The notes below the pieces were generated by a model that was given only the letters and a program-made list of their open reading frames with translations, ran no database searches and was not told where the DNA came from. The position numbers and the translations under genes were made by a program. Below are positions 39,128 to 52,531 of a stretch of 64,000 nt of DNA, one piece after another; positions within the stretch are counted from its first letter, which is position 1, and the number at the start of each line of letters is the position of its first letter. The stretch lies in NCBI GenBank assembly GCA_951406725.2, contig OX597825.1, positions 62,434,001-62,498,000 on the forward strand. Reading direction: 5' to 3'. The stretch comes from Octopus vulgaris (taxonomy: Eukaryota).

Positions 39128-40384
39128 GATTCTCTCAGTTTTAATCAATCAAATCCTCTCACAAGTGTTTGATTAGCCAGGGGTTATATTAAGAGGCACT
39201 TGCTCAAGATGCCATACAGTGTGTCTGAGCCCCAAATCATGCAGCTTATGGCTGAGAAGCATTCTTCTTAATCACACAACAATGGGTGCACCTGGATTAA
39301 AAAATTATGCTGATTGCAGTTTCACCAATAAATCGTAGAAACTTCAAGGAAAGCAATCTCTACTACAAAGAACTGAGTCTCACACAAACAGCTAATACTT
39401 TATTCTATCAGCTGGTAATTGATTCAATATCCTTTTTTATGACCGATATGTCCAAACTCAACAAGCCTAGAATCAAAAAGCTATGCCATCCTGAAGCTAT
39501 TAGCTTTCAGCTAAAATTCTTCATAGCAAGCCAATAGAAAATCTATACCTTTGCAAATGATCACACTTCTCTTTTATGTTATTTGGCCAATTCTCCATAC
39601 GCTATTAAAGAAAAAAGATACAAAGAAAAAAACCAATAATGATCAATCTCGGTTTTTCAAGCATCTACACCAATATACCAAACTTGATTTGCTCCCAAAA
39701 ACTGCTACAAAAAAGTAAATTAAAAATCCTTATTGTAATCAAACTGTCCACATCGATGTATTATTAATATCTAAGGTGTATACTCTGATTTAAATACACA
39801 TGTTAAAGGTCAGCATCTTTCATATGTTTTAATTAAATGATTTTAAATAAAGACATGACAGTTTTTAATGAAGGTCTCTCTTCTGTCTGGCTGTTTCAAT
39901 ATAGATTTTATCCAGTAATTGGCAGAACCATTAGTGTCCTGAAAGAAATGCCTTGAAGCATTTCAGTGTGTCTAAGTAGGTTTTTTTCGAATCTTGATGA
40001 GGTCAATTTTGACTTTCATTTAATCTGAGGTAGATGAAATAATGTACAGCATGCAGGCAAGGTTCTGCGGTGAACATGTTCTCTTTGTAACTTTGTTGCA
40101 TATACACGGTGCTATACCTCAGGGCACAAAGCTGAGTAAGGGTGGATAAACAGAAACCGTACCAGATACCATATGTGTGTGTGTGAATCTTTCAGCAATG
40201 TATCTTGATGGAAAAAAAAACCCAGAGGTTTGCAAATGAGGTCTTTTGTAAGAATAAAGTCTGTGGCACCAACTTCAGATCTACCTTTGACATTGTAATT
40301 GCATTCAGCAGAGTGAATCAATGACTGGCACATTCAAAACATTCAAAGAATGGTATTATTGTTCACTAATTGTTATACTGGTTT

Positions 40385-40595
40385 AAAATTTTGGCACAAG
40401 GCCAGCAATTTCGGTGGAGTGGATAAATCAATAACATCAACCCCAGTGTTCAACTGATACTTATTTTATCACCCCTGAAAGGATGAAAGGCAAAATCAAC
40501 CTTGGCAGAATTTGAACTCAGAATGTAAAGATTGATGAAATGCTGCTAAACATTTTGCAATTGTGTGCTATCAATTCTGTCTGCTAACCACGTTA
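40385..40595 (-). mobile_element. SINE family B
   Basis: Reverse complement of family B. Confidence 0.7.
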
Positions 40596-41174
40596 AAACA
40601 TCAGTTTAACAACACCAAAGATTTTAAAATTCTTAAGTATATTAAAAGCTAATTGAAATAAAGGATGTATGTTTTAATAGAGATATGTTACTAAAAGGGT
40701 TAATTGCATTTCAAGGTAAAAAAATTTTACAATAAAATTCCAATCCAATATATTTAGTTAAATATCTTTTTTATTTAAAAAAATTCTATGAGAGACATTG
40801 CTTTTGAAATGTGAGAAATATATGACTTAAACCTGATGTTGAAAGATAACAATATTTATCGATAATAGTACTATTATGTACTTATTGATAATTGTACTAT
40901 TATGTACTCTATATAACTCATGAAAAAGATTTTTAAAGATATGTTTCATAAAGAAATAATTTAAGAAGAATTTGAAATTCTGTCAAAATGATGGAAATAT
41001 CTGTGTAAATATTTATGTCTCTGTGATTTAAAAATTAGTCTCCTGCTCATGTAGTTTATGTTCAGTCTCATGACATGGTATTTTGTGCAAGTAGTTGTTT
41101 GTTATGTCCCAGGGCTGTGCAAATCTTTGTGAGTGAACTTGGGAGATGACAACTGAAAGAAGCTTGTCATGTAT

Positions 41175-41615
41175 GAGTGTGTATGTGAGTGTGTGTGAGT
41201 GAGTGTGTGTGTTTGAGCAAGTGAGTGTGTGTGTTTGAGCAAGTGAGTGTGTATGAGTGAATTTATGTGTGTGTTTGAGCAAGTGAGTGTGCATGAATGA
41301 GTGTATGTGTGTGTTTGAGCAAGTGAGTGTGCGTGAGTGAGTGTATGTGTGTGTTTGAGCAAGTGAGTGTGTATGAGTGAATTTATGTGTGTGTTTGAAC
41401 AAGTGAGTGTGTGTGAGTGTATGTGTGTGTTTGAACAAGTGAGTGTGCATGAGTGTATGTGTGTGTTTGAACAAGTGAGTGTGTGTGAGTGAGTGTATGT
41501 GTGCATTTGAGCAAGCGAGTGTGTGTGAGTGAGTGTATGTGTGTGTTTGAGCAAGCAAGTGTGTATGAGTGAACGTATGTGTGTGTTTGAGCAAGTGAGT
41601 GTGTATGTATGTGTG
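41175..41615. repeat. ~35-42-bp minisatellite derived from (GT)n
   Basis: About 11 repeats of GTGTGTTTGAGCAAGTGAGTGTG.. following a family A SINE head. Confidence 0.9.
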
Positions 41616-42889
41616 TTTTGCTTTTAAATTATTTCAGTCATTAGACTACAGCCCTGCTGGGGCACTGCCTTGTGCTTATCAACTTTTGTACCTATTTTTT
41701 TCAGCCAGGTACTTATTCTATCAGTCATTTTTAACAAACCACTAAGTTACAGGGATGTAAACACATCAACAGCAGATGAAAAGTGGTAGTGGTGGTGGTG
41801 TTTCTTACCACACAGCCATGGCTGTACCCACACGAATCCCAATAAAAAACCAATGTAGCAATTACACACACTTAAATTTCCATACTTAGGGAAATTTTTG
41901 GCTTGGAAACAAAGGAGGGTAGACAACAGGGTGGACATCATGCTACAGAACATCTGTTTCTTCAAATTCCACGTGACCCATGCAAGCAAAAAAAATATGA
42001 TGCTAAAATATTGACAATCATGATGATGACAACGATGATGACGACGATGATGATGAAGATGATGATGATGATAAAAATGACATTGGTGATGATGATGATG
42101 CGAAATACTATTGGAAATTATGACTTCTGTTGACATCATTAATGCGTCTTGAACACACATTTATATTTTTCTAAAATTTTTCTCTTTCACATCTTAGTAA
42201 TAGTACTACCATCCTTTGTTTCACAGCAATATAGAAATATAAAGATAATAAAAGCAATTACAACTAGACAGCTGATGAGTATAGTGAAAAGACATTGAAC
42301 AAAAAAAAACAGAAAAATCGTATTGATAATGATAAATGAAACAGTCAAAATGAACAGAACATAATTTAGTAACTATTGAAAGGAAATGTAATTTTTAAAA
42401 AAATAATTAAACAATGAAGTGAAGAGTTAATAATATTATAATACATTCTTGTTTGGGAAATATGGAACAGACAAATTCCTAACCATAAAATGTTCGATAC
42501 TAAGCATTAATTCTACATTAAATGACCATTGAATTTTGTCATTATACCACATCAGTAGTAAGTATATATTTTAAAATATAGTTACATAAAAAAAAGTATA
42601 TACTTAGTAAATACAAAGGAATAACTGTTACGGTAAATTAACTGGGAGAAAGGTTGGTTGTTACATGCAACTAGTTTACTGTATCTCCATATTCCTTACA
42701 ATTTATTTCTCTGATGGTAATGTGCCTCTAAGTCTGAATAAAATACAGTAAAACTTGTTACAGTTAAAGGCTAATGTTTGCACTTATTTGTTTAGTCTCA
42801 GCTGTTATTGTTGAGTATCTACAGCAAAAAAAAAAAATGATAATGAATAGATGCTGCATTTTTTAACTAGATAATTCATTATTCTAATA

Positions 42890-43240
42890 ATCCTTTCTAT
42901 TATAGGCACAAGGCCTGAAATACTTATTTAATTGACTCTGTAAGGATGAACACAAAGTTCACCTCAGTGAAATCTGAGGTCAGAATGTAACAGCAGATGA
43001 AATACCTATTTCTTTACTACCCAGAAGGGGCTAAACACAGAGGGGACAAACAAGGACAGACGAATGGATTAAGTTGATTACATCGACCCCAGTGCATAAC
43101 TGGTGCTTAATTTATCGACCCCGAAAGGATGAAAGGCAAAGTTGACCTTGGTGGAATTTGAACTCAGAACGCAGCGGCGGACGAAATACCTCTAAGCATT
43201 TCGCTGGGTGTGCAAACGATTTTGCCAGCTCACTGCCCGC
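42890..43240 (-). mobile_element. SINE family B dimer
   Basis: Reverse complement of the 17382/52300-type sequence. Confidence 0.75.
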
Positions 43241-43248
43241 GTACTTAA

Positions 43249-43743
43249 TATATATCCTTTTCCAGTGATGAAAAGTCACTGATATCAAAAAAGTGTAAAC
43301 AAGTAATAATAAATCTCTGAGCGAGATATAAACAGTAGCTGCACGACATCATGAAGTACAATTGCCACTTAGATGTGGCTAACCCCTAAGGGTGGATGCT
43401 ACTGTAGCTTGTAACCACAGGAAGACACCCCCTCCAGCTGGCTGTTGACACACTTTCTGTGCCTTTTCGTCACTGGAAAAAGGATATATATTTGCAAAGA
43501 GAACCTACTTTTCATCGACAACCGGTGATTGTCACATGCTGATGACGGGTCAATACCCAGAAACTTGGGTCCTTGTGTATCATAGGTTGAAGTTAGGAAG
43601 GATGGCTTCCCTTTGCAAATACTGATAGGGCACAGAAAGTGTGTCTATAGCCAGCTGGAGGAGGTGTCCTCCTGTGGCTACAAGCTACAGTAGCATCCAC
43701 CCTTATGGGTTAGCCACATTTAAGTGGCAAATGTTCTTCATGA
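43249..43743. mobile_element. Nested inverted-repeat element enclosing an HHR
   Basis: 115-bp arms 43349-43463 / 43629-43743; extra inverted pairs 43249-43279 / 43459-43490 and 43489-43503 / 43607-43621. Confidence 0.75.
43533..43577 (+). ncRNA. Type I hammerhead ribozyme
   Basis: CACATG-CTGATGA-cGGGT caat ACCCa-GAA-ACTT GGGT-C-CTTGTG; GUC site after 43571. Confidence 0.8.
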
Positions 43744-43917
43744 ATTTTTGTATAACTTTACTGATAATGGTTCTTTTAACATACCAAACTACTTGGTAAG
43801 ATTATTAATTATAAATTGATTAATTAATTTTACCCTTTATTATTATAGATAGATAGATAGATACATACATACATACATACAAACATAGCTAGCTAGCTAG
43901 CTAGTTAGCTAGCTAGC

Positions 43918-43971
<54 letters not shown>

Positions 43972-45039
43972 CATACATACATAGATACATACATAGATAT
44001 ATAGATAGAGAGGTAGAAAGACAGCTTGATATCTCTACTTTTATTTTCTCACTGGTTACCCAATAGGAGAGAAACCGAGAGATGTCAGAGGTCGTTAACT
44101 GCAGAAATTTAACACTTGATGACAATTCAATTAAAAGTAATGCAATGAATGATAGGATGTTAACACTGAAATCATTTTCTCTCTAAACCCAATCTATAAT
44201 AACACCGCATGAATGTACTGCTTGATGCTGTTCCACATATTTAGTTTAACTGAAATATAAGAGATACAACAGGAAAGTATTGTGATAAATGAAACAGCAG
44301 AAAGGCAGTAATTTATGTTCATTTAACATTTATTAAAGTGGCTCTTATTGTAGCATAACTAACCATACTTGGTCTGTAGATGGTTTCTGGATTTATTTAA
44401 GAAAATGCTGTTATATTTTGTTTATAATTCATGAGAATTTCTTAAAACTTTATCCCACTAGAAGTTGTGTTAGTTATAATGGTCTCATAAACAAACGTTA
44501 TGTTGGAATGTTGGATATGACTTGTTGGAAACCACTGAAATATTGCAATTAAATATATGACTAACGATAAATTTTAGAACGAAGCTGTTTAAGTAGTTGA
44601 TGTGGCAGACTTCAAGCTGAGAGGTTAGCAAGTTTGCGTCTTTCTAATGGTAATATTTTATCTGAAGGGAAGTACAGCATTGTTGAATGATTTAAGAAGT
44701 TTTGCTATGAAATTACAAGGTCTAGATTTGAAAAAATATCACTGTATGGTGTCTGGGGCAAACGACATTTATTCTAACCTCAGGTCAACCCATACTGTGT
44801 GAGTGAAGAATGTATACTAGAAATTATACCGAAGACTAATGAGTTGATTGCAGCTGTAATTCAAAAGGAAGGTATATCTTTGTCACAGACTAAAGTCACC
44901 TGTTCTCTGCTCATTAACAACTATGCTACAACATAAAGACAAGGAGGTACAAACACACTTGCAGTTGTATATAACAAATATACACATGCATACAAATACA
45001 TAATGTTACGATAGAGAAGGTGAATCACAATGAGTTTGT

Positions 45040-46950
45040 GATTTGACAGCCTTCCTTCCTACTTACTAAGATTTTGGTTTTGGCTAGGTCAATCTTAAGG
45101 CTCTTCGATTCTAGACTTTGCTTCCACACCTGAACCTTTGTTTCTAGTTCTGGCAGTGACTCCACGATTAGAGCAAAGTCATCAGCATAGAGGTGCTTCC
45201 CTGGAGCACTATAATGAATAAGAGGGGGCTGAGGACTGATTCTTGGTGAACCCCTACTTCTATTCGAAATTCTTCCCTATACTCATTGCCAACCCTCACC
45301 TTACTGACAGCATTCCCGTACAGGGCTTTTACAGCTCTTGCCAACCACTTGTCTATCCCCAGTTTCCAAATTGATCACGAGATAAGAGATTGGAGGACCC
45401 TGCCAAAGGCTTTCTCCAAGTCAACAAAAGCCAAGTACTGAGGTTTATCATTGGCCAGATATTTCTCCTGCAGTTGCCTTACAAGAAATATAGCATCAGT
45501 GGTGCTTCTGCCTGGCACAAAACCAAACTGCATCTCATCTTGGCTAACTCTCTCCCTAATTAGTTGGGCTATGATCCTCTCTGTAACTTTCATCACCTGA
45601 TCCAATAATTTGATACTCCTGTAGTTATTTCTATCTAAAGTATCACCTTAAGCTTTGTAGCAGTTGACTATGGTGCTGCTACACCAGTCATTGGGTATGA
45701 CTCCTTCATGATCTACCTGATTTATGATGCAGGTGACAAGACCATAACCCACACCACCAAATACTTTATGCATCTCAGTGGTGATTCCTGGTGCTTTCCT
45801 TGTTTTCATATCCTTAATTGCTTTATCTACCAGGGTACTATCGATTCAGGGAGCTGGTCCCTCAATTGGGGTCAACCTTTGGTAGATACTCCTCTTCCCA
45901 TTCATTCTCCACATTCAGCAGTCTTTCATAATGGCATCTGCAATCCTCTTTCTTTGCAGAATCCTTAAACACAAGGTCACCATCATCCATGTGGACACAT
46001 TTCTCTCCTATGATATCACAGTTTTCTCTCACAAACTGTCATGCAATCTCAAATACTTCAGTTCTTTAGCGTTCATGTTGCTGAACATTGGCAAACTTCT
46101 TTTCTTTTACTCCCTTGGCTATATATACCTGTCTCCTAGCTTCCCTTTTGGCTATCTGATACATTTTCCTGCTACCTTCACTCTTACAGGCCTTTCAAGC
46201 CTGTTTCTTTGCTCTAATGGCCCGGTTTACCTTATTGTTCCACCACCATGTTACCCTAGGTCTAACTTTGCACCAGCCACAGATTTTATCTGTGGCACTC
46301 AGCAAGCTGTCTCACAGGAATTCCCAGCTGCCTTCTATGTCACAGGACTGTAGCTCCTCCTCCCTATCATCAAATTTCTCAGTAAGGATATCCCTAAATC
46401 TCTGATCATGTGATGGGTTCTTAAGCTTCCAAATCCCTCTTTTCCAGACTAGTCTGCTTTTTGGCCTCCTTATGGCCTCGAGTTTAAAGTCACTAATAAC
46501 TAGTCTATGCTGTGGAGTACATTCTTCACCAGGGAAGGTCTTTGCATTTAAGAGCAACCATGCATCCCACTGTATGGTGAGAATGAAATCAATCTGGCTA
46601 GCAGAGTCATCTGATTCATAGGTTATCAGGTGGATAGCCGGCTTCATGAAGTTGGTGTTGCAGATCAATAAGTTATTTGCATCACAGAACTCCAGGAGCA
46701 TAGTTCCCACTTTATTTCTGGTACCAACTCCATGGCCCTCATGTACACCATGGAAAATACCAGGATGTTGTCTAACATGCCCATTAAAATCACCAGCCAC
46801 AAAGATGAGATCATTGCCAATCGTCTTTGAGGCAACCTGCAGAAGAATATCATAAAAGTGATCCAGCTTTGCATTGGTAGCCACACTTGTGGTGCGTAGG
46901 CAGAGATTATTGTAGCTATACCATTTTGAAAGACACCTATACCATTCTGA
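45040..46950 (-). pseudogene. RTE-clade LINE remnant (AP endonuclease + RT)
   Basis: AGDFNGHV..GTRN..LLEFC..NNLLICNTNF..SQIDFIL..QHRLV (APE); QFGFVPGRSTTDAIFLVRQLQEK..FVDLEKAF and LYADDFAL (RT); multiple stops and frameshifts. Confidence 0.9.
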
Positions 46951-47419
46951 GTATATATGTATATGTGTATGTGTGTGTATGTGTGTGTGTATTTGATAAA
47001 AATGTCATATGAGAGAATTTTTGAAGAATTAGTTTTGTGACAATTTTAGATAAAGGATGGAAAAAAATATATAAGTGATATGAAAATGATGCAAATTTAT
47101 ATGTAGTAAATATCAAGGGAAATTATGACGTGTTGACATCAATATATTTCAAAGAAACATTAATATTTTGCTGAGTATAGAGTTGTGCATTCTCACTCAC
47201 ACACACACAAACACACACACACAAAAGCACACACTAACACACACAATTGTGCATATACATACATATACAGTGATATGATTACGTAGATACAAAAATAGAT
47301 AGCTAGTCAGATAGATAAATAGATACATATACTCTCAGTGTTTAGACATGTATGCATGTATATATGTCTACACACCGACACACAGAGACACACAAACACA
47401 TACACACACGGTGCAAACT

Positions 47420-47570
47420 TGTACAAAAAATTCAAAAAACAAAAGACAGAGAGGGGTGAGAGAACAGCAAACAAAGTGCATTAGTTTGGTGCTCAGGAAA
47501 ATATGGAAAAGTCTTTGATGTTTCGAGCTGATGCTCTTCTACAGAAGGGAACAAGGAGAGAAAACAGATG
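47420..47570 (-). mobile_element. pLTR-like element with variant HHR-like motif
   Basis: Minus strand CTGTAGAAGAGC atca GCTCGAAACATCAAAGAC; homologous to 49560-49710. Confidence 0.5.
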
Positions 47571-47804
47571 GAGGGGAAAAAAAAGTGAAGAGGAAAAAAA
47601 GATCATTGAGGTCAATGTAATCGATTTACCCACAAAGTCTGTAATTTCAGTGAGGAGTTAAGTTGATTACATTGAACTCAGTGTTCAACTGGTACTTATG
47701 ATATGATGAAAGGCAGAAAAGTTAACCAAGAGTTAATTTCAACTCAAATAAAATGCTGCCATGCATTTTGCCTGGCATGTTAGGGATCCTGCAAGATTAC
47801 CCAC

Positions 47805-47849
<45 letters not shown>

Positions 47850-47851
<2 letters not shown>

Positions 47852-48005
47852 GCACAGGGGTGGCTGTCTGGTAAGTAGCTTGCTTACCAACCACACGGTT
47901 CCGGGTTCAGTCCGACTGGGTGACACCTTAGACAAGTGTCTTCTACTATAGCCTCGGGCCGGCCAAGGCCTTGTGATGGAAACTGAAAGAGGCCCATCTT
48001 ATGTG

Positions 48006-48038
<33 letters not shown>

Positions 48039-48260
48039 ATGTGAGTGAGTGTGTGTCTGTGTTGTCCCCAGCATCGCTCGACAGCTGATGCTGGTCTGCT
48101 TGCATCCCTGTAACTTAGCGGTTCAGCAAAAGAGACCAATGATTGATAGAATAAGTACTAGGCTTACAAAGAATAAGTCCTGGGGTTGATTTGCTCGACT
48201 AAAGGCGGTGCTACAGCATGGCTGCAGTCAAATGGCTGAAACAAGTATAAGAAATAGAAG
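47850..48260 (+). mobile_element. SINE family A
   Basis: Full head-to-tail match to the family. Confidence 0.85.
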
Positions 48261-48299
<39 letters not shown>

Positions 48300-48578
48300 C
48301 ATACATACACTGATTTCAAATTTTGGCACAAGGCCAGGAATTTTCTGGGAGGGAAAGAGTCAATTTCATTGCTCTTCCCCTTCCACTGTTCACCTTGTTT
48401 TTATTTCATTGATCCCAAAGGAACGAAAGGCAAAGTCTATCCCAATGGGAATTGAACTCACAATATAAAGTCGAAAGAAATGCTGCTAACCACTTTTCCC
48501 CAGCACAGTAACAATTCTGCCAGCTCACCTGATATATATGTGTGTGTGTACGTGTACGTGTGTGTGTATGTATGCATG

Positions 48579-48623
<45 letters not shown>

Positions 48624-49559
48624 ATGTGTATGTGTGTATGAATATATATATTAAGATATACGTACAGGAATCATTAAAACGAAGATAAATTATTTTGTGT
48701 TGAAAGTGTTGAGTGAATCATATACCAAGATCTTGTCAAAGATTTATGACACTATCTCCTGTCTTTGCCATCATGTTTTGTATGGCATCCTGGTAGAGGA
48801 TAAGGTAAATAAAAAATATGAAACACACGAGCAGAAAGTTGATTGGTTGTTTTCTTTGCTAAGATTGTATTTCCTGACAGAAAAGAGCAGAATGTATGGA
48901 CATGGACAGATGTCAGAGAAATAGATACACAAAGATCTAGAGAATCACATTCATATAAACAACTGCATAGGCAGAATAAATATGCATAAGAAAACCAAGT
49001 GGAATAACCAAATATAAATTCTTTATTAAATCATTTTCAGAATGTCTGATTATAATTTTGTGCCATGCACCATTTTCATTATTATATTTAATTAACTCAT
49101 CAACTGAAGTTGTGTATTCTGGGTCTTTCCAAAAATTATATATTTAATCTTTACTGAATCTTTCTATACAACTGATCTTAACTAACCAGCGCCTTATAAT
49201 CTCTTCCTGATCATCGAGGTATTTCTTTTTTTTTTCTTCATCCACTAACAAATATTGATACTCTACAAAAAAATTCTCTCACTTTTTTATCCAACATGTA
49301 AATCTTTATAATTCCTATTAGCAAATGAAACATAAGTAATAGTGAATAAATTATACCAAGATCTTTTCCAAATTCCTGTTTTGTAATACAACTCTCTACA
49401 AACAATGTTTCCGGAATTTTCAGTTTTAATATGTACTTTGCATATACAGTGCGACAATAGTTACATACTTGATTGTAATTTTGGAATAAGCAGATATGTT
49501 TCAAGAGGAATCAGCTGGTATTTTACACTACCTACCTTATATATATATATATATATTAT

Positions 49560-49710
49560 TTTTTTGCTTATTTCTATGTTCCTTTCTGTTGAAGAGCATA
49601 CGCTCGAAATGTAAAAGACTTTTTCACTTCTCGAGCATTAAACTAATACATCTGTTTGTCGTTTACACACTCATCTTCATCTTTTGTATTGTTTTCTTGT
49701 AAATTCAAAC
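49560..49710 (+). mobile_element. pLTR-like element with variant HHR-like motif, between (TA)n tracts
   Basis: CTGTTGAAGAGC atac GCTCGAAATGTAAAAGAC. Confidence 0.5.
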
Positions 49711-49730
49711 TATATATATATATATATATA

Positions 49731-49821
49731 TATAATTATTAGATTTGAAAATGGAGAGATCTAATAGATACAAGAATTAATTTGTATCCATTAGATCTCT
49801 CCATTTTCAAACTTAATTATA
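49731..49821. repeat. ~90-bp palindrome beside (TA)n
   Basis: TTTGAAAATGGAGAGATCTAAT.GATACAA / TTGTATC.ATTAGATCTCTCCATTTTCAAA. Confidence 0.85.
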
Positions 49822-50083
49822 ATATTTGATATTTTATGATATTTTATACAATATATTCATTGAAGAAATATCTCTTCAAAATACAATATATCAAACCAGT
49901 GTATCTTGGAGAAAAATATCCCTATAAGAGGTCTAAATATCCTCATAGTGACTCTGTGTGTGTGTGCGCATGCACATGTGAGGGTGGTTGTATGTAGATA
50001 TACATATATGTGTGTGTGTGTATATAACTGGTAACTATTTATTTATTTTTCCGTGTTAATTGTTAACAAGGTAAAATACACTC

Positions 50084-50118
<35 letters not shown>

Positions 50119-50934
50119 ATGTATGTATGTATGTATGTATGTATGTATGTATGTATGTATATAAAAAATACATTCAGAAAGACAAAACATATATACTTGA
50201 GTGAAACATTTATCATGCTACAAGAAATATAAACAACGGATATAATTTAAAACAAACGAAGAATGAAAATCATGTGAAAGTCTTTCTTCTTAAAAGTCTC
50301 GATTGCATTTTTGCGGATGTGCAGACTGCAGAATTCCACTCATGCTGTTATAATATTAATAGTCATATCAATACATCTATTTTATAACTGTTTATGTCTT
50401 TCGTTATAATGGACAAAAGAATTACCGTTCTCTTTTCTTCTTAAAAGAATTGATAACTATGTAATGAGTGAGAAGAAATCGGGTCCTTCTTGTCAATATG
50501 GAAGAGATGCTTATATGATATGAACTACCTTGAAGTACAATGAATAAATAGATCATGTTATATACCAAGAAACCATTATATCAACAATGAAATACATAAT
50601 GGATATGTGGCAAATTCCTAGACACATTGACTAGAAGATAAACACTGAGAAAATACAATTAAGAATGCAATGAAGCCAGGATATTTTAAACAATTAAGAT
50701 ATCAAAGAAAAACATTGTTTGGCAGTTTGGAAGATGGAATCGTCATAGATTGCACTGCTTGAACACTAAGCCTTCCTACTTATGTCATTGCTGTTATCAC
50801 CATGGTTACTTTTATAAATTGTTTCACTGATGCAGAATGTAGCAACTAATGAAATCAATTTTACGTACTAGGTGGTATTTTTATAGTAGTTGCACATGAT
50901 ATAGATGGATACCAAAAGCTCCATAAAGAATTGT

Positions 50935-51220
50935 TCCTTCTCGAGCCACGCCCGGCTCATAAGGGCCAGTATCCCGGTTTACTTGGCGTATAGGTTACCC
51001 ACATGGACGGGATGCCGGTCCGTCGCAGGTGAGCTGCAGGAAAGAGTGAGAGAAAGTTGTGGCAAAGGTGTCAGCAGAAGGTTGCCATTACCCTCTGCTG
51101 GAGCCATAAGGAGCTTAGGTGTTTCACTCATAAACACATATATTGCTTGGTCTGAGAATCGAACCCACAATCCCTTGACCACAAGCCTGCTGCTCTAACC
51201 ACTAGGCCATGTGACTCCAC
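50935..51220 (-). mobile_element. SINE family C
   Basis: Reverse complement of 10674-10965. Confidence 0.8.
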
Positions 51221-51221
51221 T

Positions 51222-51665
51222 GTAAAGAATTGCCAATCTCTCAAAGTGGATGGAACTCATGGAAGAGGGAGACCCAGGAAGACATGGGATGAAATACAGA
51301 AGGACAACCTCACGATGATGAACCTTTCAGATGAGATGAGGAAGGACCAAGACACCTGGCACCTTGCCATACTCAAGAAGGCCCATCATGCCATAGAAGT
51401 GCTAAACCCCACCCCACACCATCGATGAGGAGAATTGACCTGCAGAATTCTTGTGCTGGTGTCACGTACAAGTGCTCATACAGTGCCATGTTGAAAGCAA
51501 CCAGCACACACTGTAAAGTGGTTGGCTTTAGGAATAGCATCCAGTCATAGAAACCATGCCAAATGAGTCAGGGCCCTGATGCAGCTCTCCAGCTTGCCAG
51601 CTCAAATTCAATCATCCAACCCATGACAGCATGAAAAATGGACATCAAAGATTGATGATGATATG
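51222..51665 (+). mobile_element. RTE LINE 3' end continuing into family D-like 3' sequence
   Basis: CQSLKVDGTHGRGRPRKTWDE..DQDTW (RTE C-terminus), then the family D motif and a GAT tail. Confidence 0.7.
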
Positions 51666-52299
51666 TTACAAATTAATGACATAATTGTAAATGATATCAA
51701 GTATTGCATTCATATATAAACTACATATTAATGCCTACGTTTGGCCTCACTAATTAGATATATGTAATTGTAATTGATTTTAATTATGGATGACCTTCCA
51801 GTTCCAATTAAAACTTAAAATTGAAGGCTATGATAATTATAATTACTCATACACATCTTAGCTGACTACGATCACCAGAGATGACCATCAACTGCTATCA
51901 GCTGAGAGAGTGTGAGAGAGAGAAAGAGGGAGAGAGAGGGAGAGAGAAAGAGAGGGGAGAGGGTGGAGGGAGGGAGAGAGGAGTAGAGGGAGGGAGAGAG
52001 AGAGTGCATAGATATGCATGTTTCATCCAATTCGAGACTGGCATGCTTCTGAATATGTTGAGCGTCTACCTGGTAATTATGGCAGCTGCTAGCTACCATC
52101 CAATTTTGGCAGTTTCCAACCAGTTTTAGTCAGTTCATTTCATGTATTTGGTACATTCTATACCACTGATTAACAAAAATGATAATATTGTATTGAAGTG
52201 ATTTTTCCATGATAAAATATATACATCAGCAGGTGAGGCATGTTACCTCTAGCAGTTGGTGAAATATAAGTTATATCTTAGCAAATGAGACTAGCATTA

Positions 52300-52531
52300 A
52301 GGCGGCGAGCTGGCAGAACCGTTAGAACGCCGGGCGAAATGCGTAGCCGTATTTCGTCTGCCGCTACGTTCTGAGTTCAAATTCCGCCGAGGTTGACTTT
52401 GCCTTTTATCCTTTCGGGGTTGATTAAATAAGTACCAGTTACGCACTGGGGTCGATGTAATCGACTTAATCCCTTTGTCTGTCCTTGTTTGTCCCCTCTA
52501 TGTTTAGCCCCTTGTGGGCAATAAAGAAATA
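52300..52531 (+). mobile_element. SINE family B, young, with 25-bp TSD
   Basis: TATATCTTAGCAAATGAGACTAGCA at 52272-52296 and 52532-52556. Confidence 0.9.

Noticed and set aside
41175-41615. CRISPR-like repeat/spacer appearance (also 60400-60750)
   Set aside because: Spacers are mutually similar or low-complexity; eukaryotic context; no cas genes.
42268-42300. CTGATGA-gtatagt-GAAA hammerhead-like spacing
   Set aside because: No convincing stem II, stem III or UH site.
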